From a virus (lineage: Duplodnaviria; Caudoviricetes): a stretch of 36,927 nt of DNA. The position numbers and the translations under genes are program-made. Positions 31,301 through 36,927 of this stretch are shown one piece after another. The first letter of the stretch is position 1. Every line of letters begins with the position of its first letter. The notes beneath the pieces were generated by a model, which worked only from the letters and a program-made list of their open reading frames with translations, was not told where the DNA came from and searched no databases. The DNA lies in IMG/VR virus record IMGVR_UViG_3300046779_000353, positions 1 through 36,927 of that record; one strand, given 5' to 3'.

Positions 31301-33241
31301 TTACTTCCTATTTAAAATTGCGTCAGCTTCACTTCGCACAGAACTTGACTGGTCAACCGTTGGGGCTTCGTACAAAGTTTTATGTTGGGCTTTTAAATTG
31401 TTTTCTAAACGCCGGGCTTGCCTAACCACGTTTCTTAATTGATCCGCAAAATTAGGTGCTGCCGGATCGAGGCGTTCCACTGCATCCGACACAATTTTCC
31501 ACTCTTGTACTGCCATGTTGCCAAGTTTGCCTTCTTGCGACATGATGCTTTTACCCATCATGGTAACTTTACCTTTAATGTTGTCTAGCAACTGTTGCGC
31601 GCCGCGAGCGTCGCTCCCCGGCATTGAAGGTAATAAAGCGTTAAATCCTGTAATACCAGGTAAACCTTTATGCGGTTTAATTTTTTTCTTTTCATTTCCA
31701 ATTAAAGAGTCAACGTTTCTTTCAATATCGTCGGCGGTGTCTTTAGCAACGGTAATGCGTGCGTTATCGACGGATTGATCTTTTTTAAGTTTTTGCGCTT
31801 GCACCGGAGAAAGCGGTTTATTGCCGGCGTCATAAGGTTTAAGTGCTTGCCCTTTATCGTCTGTAATTAGCCGGCCTGTTCTCGCATCACGCATTTCTGG
31901 CCCGTTAGGCCCTTGTACCGTTACAGTTTGTACTGGTGGAGCTACGTTTGTAGTCGACACGGGGCGAAGCGCTTGTTTCCACTGAGGAAAAGTGCCTTTA
32001 AACGTGCCTGCTTTAACTGCTTTTCGCCATTCGCGTTCGTCTGCAGTTTCTTTTTGTTGGTCTAAAAACTCGGCAAACGTGCCGGTAAAACCGCCGTCTT
32101 TAGCAGCATCATAATTACGTTGTTCTGTGGTTCTACCTTCTGGTGCAGCTGGCAATGCTGTTTTAGTAATTGATGCCCCTGATTTTTGTTGCCCAAAGGT
32201 TTTGCTATACCGGTTCTCGTCCACATACACAATGGAGCCGCCAATATCGCGGGCTACCCATTTAGGCTCGGTATTAACTATTTCCTGCGTAACGCCCGTT
32301 AACTGCCCATACGTTGCGCTGTTTGGATTCATGTCACGGAATGAAATTTTGCCGTCTTGTTCAATCTTTTCTGGTTTAGGCGTGGTGTCTACCAAAGCTT
32401 CAGCGCCGGCTTTCATTTGACCCACAGTCGCGCTGTACGGATTTGTATCCACTAAAACTTCTTTGGAGCCTACTTTTCTCAACTCCCATTTAGGTTCGGT
32501 ATCCTCTAAAGCCGAAGTATAGGGTTTCATTTGGCCTACAGTCGAGCTGTATGGGTTTACGTCTACTAAAACTTCACGGGAACCTACTTTCTTGTACTCC
32601 CATTTAGGTTCAACACGTTCTTTTTGCTTTTGCTGTTCCACTAGCCGATCTTTAAGATCCATCAACTTCATTAAACTGTTACGTTGCCACGCAGGTATGC
32701 CGCTGTCATCAGCAGGAAGCCCCGATCTGATTTGATTGGCTTGGTCTTGTGTTAATTCGCCAGATTGAAGTTTTTTATCAATATCTGCATTGATACTGAC
32801 TAAATCGTCAAAACCAGCTATATCAGCCATTGCTTGGTTAACTTTTTCTTTTGATAGTTTTTCTTTTTGCTGCCCTAATTCAAACTCGCGTTTTTTTGTT
32901 TCAGCTTCGCGTGCTTCTTTTTGTGCTGTTAACGCCTCACGCTTAGTTTGCTGATCCATAATATTAGTCAGCAATCGTGGTGCTTTAGCGGAGACAAGGT
33001 TAAAGTAAGCAGGGGAGCCAATTTCTATGCCCGAGCTATGAATCTTCGCCAGTTCATTTTGTTGCGCGGCTAATTCTTGATCTTCTTTAGCTTTACGCGC
33101 ATATTCCTGCATCTGAAGCATATTCATTTGCCGTTGCTGACGCGCGCCTTCAAGCTGCGATATTGCAGCCATCTGGTTTATCGGCGATTCAATTTGAATC
33201 GGGCGAAAACCCATTGCGATAGATGGATCAATCTGTGCCAT
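31301..33241 (-). CDS. Putative DNA ejection protein (P22 gp20 position, 646 aa) with internal repeats
   Basis: Q-rich helical N-terminus; four 38-aa repeats; synteny. Confidence 0.6.
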   Translation of the reverse strand: MAQIDPSIAMGFRPIQIESPINQMAAISQLEGARQQRQMNMLQMQEYARKAKEDQELAAQQNELAKIHSSGIEIGSPAYFNLVSAKAPRLLTNIMDQQTKREALTAQKEAREAETKKREFELGQQKEKLSKEKVNQAMADIAGFDDLVSINADIDKKLQSGELTQDQANQIRSGLPADDSGIPAWQRNSLMKLMDLKDRLVEQQKQKERVEPKWEYKKVGSREVLVDVNPYSSTVGQMKPYTSALEDTEPKWELRKVGSKEVLVDTNPYSATVGQMKAGAEALVDTTPKPEKIEQDGKISFRDMNPNSATYGQLTGVTQEIVNTEPKWVARDIGGSIVYVDENRYSKTFGQQKSGASITKTALPAAPEGRTTEQRNYDAAKDGGFTGTFAEFLDQQKETADEREWRKAVKAGTFKGTFPQWKQALRPVSTTNVAPPVQTVTVQGPNGPEMRDARTGRLITDDKGQALKPYDAGNKPLSPVQAQKLKKDQSVDNARITVAKDTADDIERNVDSLIGNEKKKIKPHKGLPGITGFNALLPSMPGSDARGAQQLLDNIKGKVTMMGKSIMSQEGKLGNMAVQEWKIVSDAVERLDPAAPNFADQLRNVVRQARRLENNLKAQHKTLYEAPTVDQSSSVRSEADAILNRK

Positions 33242-33250
33242 AACTTATCC

Positions 33251-33964
33251 TTAGTTGTTACTTATCCCACCCCAAGGCGTTACTGATCTAGTGCCACTGG
33301 TATTAGGTGAAGTTCCCGCAGGTGGGTTAGCTGCTTTATATGCGTCGAGGTAGTTTTGTCCTTGATAGTAATTCAAGCCTTGCCCCAAAGCGTTTGATAT
33401 GGCATTCGCAGTGCCCATGTAGCCAGAAGCGCGCGCGTTGCCTGCGCCAATAATATTAGCGCCCATAGCTTGGCCTAACTGACCTGCTTGCCCCGCTATA
33501 TTAGCGGCTGTAGTTTGCCCCATGCCGGTTAGACTTTGCAGCGGGTTCAAACGAGCCGCGCGTTCTGCTTGGTAGCGATTAAACGCATTGGTAAATTCCT
33601 GTGATCCTAGTTCTTGACCGTAACGCGTTAAGCCGCGCATAGTGTTGCCGGACAGCAGACCGCCGCGTGCTGCTGCGGTGCCTTCTAGCGCGCGCAGACC
33701 TTCTTTAAGGCGAAAACCGTAGCCGGGGTCGGCAGTGAACTTATCCATCGTAAATGGGTCATACCGCGAAGCCTCAATCAATTCAGGCAGTGCATTGACG
33801 CCTGCTTGGCGGAAAGGCTCTTGCAGTTCAACCTGACGGTTAAACATGCGTTCCTGCGCAGCTGTAGCTTCTGTAGCAGCTCGCTCTTGCGCTTTAGCGG
33901 CTCTATTAGCCGCATACCCACCTATAATGGCGCTTCCTGCAATAGCTGTGGCGACCCATGTCAT
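33251..33964 (-). CDS. Putative DNA ejection protein, P22 gp7-like
   Basis: Hydrophobic G/A-rich N-terminus; DPGYGFRL..G...AAARGGLLSGNT motif typical of gp7-like pilot proteins. Confidence 0.7.
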   Translation of the reverse strand: MTWVATAIAGSAIIGGYAANRAAKAQERAATEATAAQERMFNRQVELQEPFRQAGVNALPELIEASRYDPFTMDKFTADPGYGFRLKEGLRALEGTAAARGGLLSGNTMRGLTRYGQELGSQEFTNAFNRYQAERAARLNPLQSLTGMGQTTAANIAGQAGQLGQAMGANIIGAGNARASGYMGTANAISNALGQGLNYYQGQNYLDAYKAANPPAGTSPNTSGTRSVTPWGGISNN

Positions 33965-34410
33965 GATGCAACCCCTTTTAACAATCTTTCTTTAACGTCA
34001 TTACGTGCGTCAAACAACGCGGTTGTGTCAGGCTCTATCAACTCTATTTCAATTTCATCAAGATCGGTTTTATCTGTACGATGGATCGTGATGCCAATTG
34101 AATCTACTACCGCCATTGTGACGCGTTTGGTGCCTGGTTTAGATTCCACTACATCGCCGGGCAATAAGGTAATCATGCCGTTTTCAGTCCACGCCACAAT
34201 TTCACCCATAGCGCACAAAAAGAAATGCGGCTCTTTATGCACCTTACCTACAATTAAAGTGCCTGCCGGACGAAACACTTTACGTATATACATGCCCGGC
34301 GAAAAATGATGTTCCGTAACCAATTCGGCTTGCGGCATCGTCACCATTTCAGCCTGCAAACGATCAATCTGTTCGCGGCTAGGCACAAAATGTTCTGTAA
34401 TTTCGTTCAC
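33961..34410 (-). CDS. Cupin-like conserved phage protein (GTG start 34410)
   Basis: HHFSPGMYIR...PAGTLIVGKVHKEPH...G...SKPGTKR; GTGA overlap with the upstream stop. Confidence 0.7.
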   Translation of the reverse strand: MNEITEHFVPSREQIDRLQAEMVTMPQAELVTEHHFSPGMYIRKVFRPAGTLIVGKVHKEPHFFLCAMGEIVAWTENGMITLLPGDVVESKPGTKRVTMAVVDSIGITIHRTDKTDLDEIEIELIEPDTTALFDARNDVKERLLKGVAS

Positions 34411-35876
34411 ACCACCACCCATCGTGAGCCGCTGGCGACTGTCACCGTGGTGCCGCTGGCCACTGTTATCGGGCCTGCCGACATACCGGACGTACCTGCA
34501 GCGATTGTGTAGCTGGTGTCGATAGTTAAACTATTGACAAATATACCATTGCCCGCTACGAAATGCTCCGATGTTAATTCACCTGTGCTGGGTTTGTACA
34601 GATATTTGGCGTTACTGGTATAGATGGTCGACAGCGCGCCGGACGTGGCAGCCGCGAACGTTGGGTAGACGTTTGTCGACGTGCTGGTGTCATTCGTAAT
34701 CGTCGCGCCCGAGCCGGTCGGCAGCGCCCAAGAGGCTGTCGTGCCATTCGATGTCAGCACGTAGGTATTCGCACCAATCGGCAAGCGAGTCGAGCTGTTG
34801 GCGCCGTTGCCAATAATTAAGTCGCCCGTGCTAGTGACCGGCGACAGGGCGTTAAAGGCTGCACTGGCAGTTGTCTGGCCTGTGCCGCCATTAGCAATCG
34901 GCAGTGTGCCAGTTACTTGCGTGGTCAGATCCACGCCGGTCAGCGTGCCCCCCAGTGTCAGGTTGCCGCTGGATGTGACCGTGCCGGATAAACTAATGCC
35001 GTTAACCGTACCGGTGCCGGATACGCTAGTGACCGTGCCCACGTACTGGTCGTTCGACGTGATGGTGAAGTTGGGGTACGTGCCCGAGATGCTAGTCGTG
35101 CCCGCACCGGTTAGCGCTACTACTTGGTCAGGTAGGGTGTTGGTGATCGTAAAGTTAGGGTACGTGCCCGACGTGCTAATGCCTGTGCCGCCGGTCAACA
35201 CCACCGTCTGGTCTGGCGCCGAATTGTTAATCGTAATAGCTGTTGAGCCGTTGTAAGTCGTGCCGGCGCTGTACGAAATACCCGTGCCTGCGGTCAAGGC
35301 ATTGGCTACGCTGCCTGCTTGGCCTGTCGTGTTTTGGTTAAGCGTTGGTACGTCCGCAGCCTGAATAGCACCCAAAGCCGCGTTAGTGCCGTCTGAGCGC
35401 AGGTAATAGCCTGACGTCTGCGTGCCTGTTAAAGCCGTAATGGCCGCCGCTGCCGTAGTCTGGCCGGTGCCACCGTTGGCAATCGCTACCGTGCCCGTGA
35501 CGTTGGCCGCATTGCCGGTGATGTCGATAGCCCACGTACCTGACGCGCCAGAACCTGTCGTGCTGGGTACGCTCAAATTAGTGCGAGCATTCGCTGCTGT
35601 AGTGGCTCCTGTGCCGCCGTTGGCAACGTTTAACGTGCCCGCCATTGTGATGGTGCCGGAGGTCGTCACGGGCCCGCCAGAGGTTGTCAGGCCGGTCGTG
35701 CCGCCGGAGACATTGACCGATGTGACCGTGCCTGTGCCGCCCCCGCCGCCTTGGTTGGCTTTGTTAAGCAGGTTTAGGAAGAACCGGTACCAATCCCGCG
35801 AGACGAGCCCCGTCCGGTCGTCAGTGATGGGCGACTGATTTTTGGGTAGTTGCGGTTCGTTATCGGGATTAGGCAT
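34407..35876 (-). CDS. Tail fibre / needle-position protein (likely start ATG 35876, 489 aa)
   Basis: Follows the gp10-like gene; SRDWYRFF N-terminus; T/G-rich repeats (GT-x2-[IV]ANGGTG x3, SGTYPNFTIT x2); C-terminal SGSRWVVV. Confidence 0.75.
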   Translation of the reverse strand: MPNPDNEPQLPKNQSPITDDRTGLVSRDWYRFFLNLLNKANQGGGGGTGTVTSVNVSGGTTGLTTSGGPVTTSGTITMAGTLNVANGGTGATTAANARTNLSVPSTTGSGASGTWAIDITGNAANVTGTVAIANGGTGQTTAAAAITALTGTQTSGYYLRSDGTNAALGAIQAADVPTLNQNTTGQAGSVANALTAGTGISYSAGTTYNGSTAITINNSAPDQTVVLTGGTGISTSGTYPNFTITNTLPDQVVALTGAGTTSISGTYPNFTITSNDQYVGTVTSVSGTGTVNGISLSGTVTSSGNLTLGGTLTGVDLTTQVTGTLPIANGGTGQTTASAAFNALSPVTSTGDLIIGNGANSSTRLPIGANTYVLTSNGTTASWALPTGSGATITNDTSTSTNVYPTFAAATSGALSTIYTSNAKYLYKPSTGELTSEHFVAGNGIFVNSLTIDTSYTIAAGTSGMSAGPITVASGTTVTVASGSRWVVV

Positions 35877-36927
35877 TGGTGCCGGACAACGCGAGTTCGG
35901 CACCCAAAATGGCGATCTTGACGGGGTCGGTGCCTGATACCTCGTACACGCGGTCACGCAGCTTGTCAGTCATGCCCAACCGACGCCAGAACGCTCTGAA
36001 TCCGTAGTTGCCCATCTTGCCCATGCCGGCCCACTTCTCGTTCGACCATGTGTGGCCGCCGTCGTCTGAGAAGCGCAGTATGACCTGTGGGTCGTTTCCT
36101 TGGCCGGTGACTAGCCCGACACCTGTCTCGCATTCAAGCTGCAAAGCGTGCTGGGCAGTGCGCTTTAAGTTGTTCTGGCCGGTAGGCAGCGCGCGCCACG
36201 ACCGCAGCCACTTCTGCGGCAGGTTGTCGTCAGCAAACACATCCAAGTCATAGGCGTAAATCTTTCCGTTTTGGAAGTCGCCGACCACCACTTGGTTGTT
36301 GAAGAAAGTCTGGCAGTTCGCCCGGTGACGGATAAACTGGCCGTTGGCAAACCCGGCACGCTCATGCCAAGCGCCTGTGGCCACATCAAACACCCATGTC
36401 TTTTGGGCAGTCGGGAAGGTCAGCACGTAAAAGGCATGGCCGTCTTGCTGGTAGGTAAACGCAATAGCGTCCGAGATGGTGCCGTAGCTTTGGATGGCGT
36501 ACTCGACCGCATGAGTAGAGATGCGCTGGCCAGTGTAGCCGTTGGCACGAAACACGATACCTTGGCCGCGGGCATCCGACCCTAGCCAGAACAGCGAGTT
36601 GTCCATCTTGGCCACCGAAAAGGTAGCCGCGCAGCCCAGCTCGTTAACCGCACCTTGGATACGAGCGAGCGGGAAGGGTGTGTCGCCGGCGTTGTACCAG
36701 ACTTCGACTGATTGGGTGCCAAACAGCCATACCTCGCGGTGATCCACAAACAGCGAGATCAGGTTGTCCGGCATACCTTCAGCACTGGCAAACGACAGCG
36801 GGTCAATCTGAGTGCCATCAAGCAGCTCAGACGTCCAAAATTTTTGCGAGTTGGGCTCTTGGAAGATGAAGTAGCCGTCCAGATAGCCGACCGTCACCGC
36901 GCCGGGAAAGTCCACGTCGGTAATCTC
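35869..36927 (-). CDS. 3' part of P22 gp10-like packaged-DNA stabilisation protein (joined to 1-502)
   Basis: SAEGMPD, EVWYNAG, YQQDGHAFYVL, SDDGGHTWS and WRRLG motifs of gp10-like proteins. Confidence 0.85.
   Translation of the reverse strand, partial: EITDVDFPGAVTVGYLDGYFIFQEPNSQKFWTSELLDGTQIDPLSFASAEGMPDNLISLFVDHREVWLFGTQSVEVWYNAGDTPFPLARIQGAVNELGCAATFSVAKMDNSLFWLGSDARGQGIVFRANGYTGQRISTHAVEYAIQSYGTISDAIAFTYQQDGHAFYVLTFPTAQKTWVFDVATGAWHERAGFANGQFIRHRANCQTFFNNQVVVGDFQNGKIYAYDLDVFADDNLPQKWLRSWRALPTGQNNLKRTAQHALQLECETGVGLVTGQGNDPQVILRFSDDGGHTWSNEKWAGMGKMGNYGFRAFWRRLGMTDKLRDRVYEVSGTDPVKIAILGAELALSGTNA
36801..36927. repeat. Terminal direct repeat, copy 2
   Basis: Identical to 1-127. Confidence 0.95.

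Overview
The window is an apparently complete circularised genome of a ~36.8 kb tailed phage with P22-like (podovirus) morphogenesis genes. Bases 1-127 are identical to 36801-36927, which looks like an assembler overlap, and one gene reads in frame across the join. There are four transcription blocks. (1) A long minus-strand late operon starts at terS (11372) and runs through terL, portal, scaffold, coat, gp4/gp10-like tail proteins, three putative ejection proteins, a modular tail-fibre cluster and a holin / GH108 endolysin / Rz-Rz1 lysis cassette. (2) A plus-strand cluster of tiny early genes lies between a near-consensus sigma70 promoter and an intrinsic terminator (11971-13592). (3) A minus-strand replication block encodes a Cas4-like nuclease, an SSB-like protein, a family A DNA polymerase, an HNH-AP2 endonuclease, a primase-helicase and a cytosine methyltransferase. 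(4) A plus-strand block encodes VRR-NUC, a SNF2 helicase and small ORFs. No integrase, repressor, tRNA, CRISPR array or reverse transcriptase was recognised. Spanins imply a Gram-negative host. The most unusual signals are: a gene between terS and terL with EreA/ChaN/TraB(TIKI)-like motifs whose N-terminus shares a NALAP-x-N-x-[LM]-R peptide with the C-terminus of an ejection protein (possible capsid cargo tag); two fibre shafts ending in the same module next to three paralogous head proteins; a non-coding control region with five phased 16-bp palindromes, a DnaA box and 9-mer repeats; and a structured intergenic element upstream of the polymerase. All functional calls come from motif recognition and synteny by eye. 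No database searches were run.
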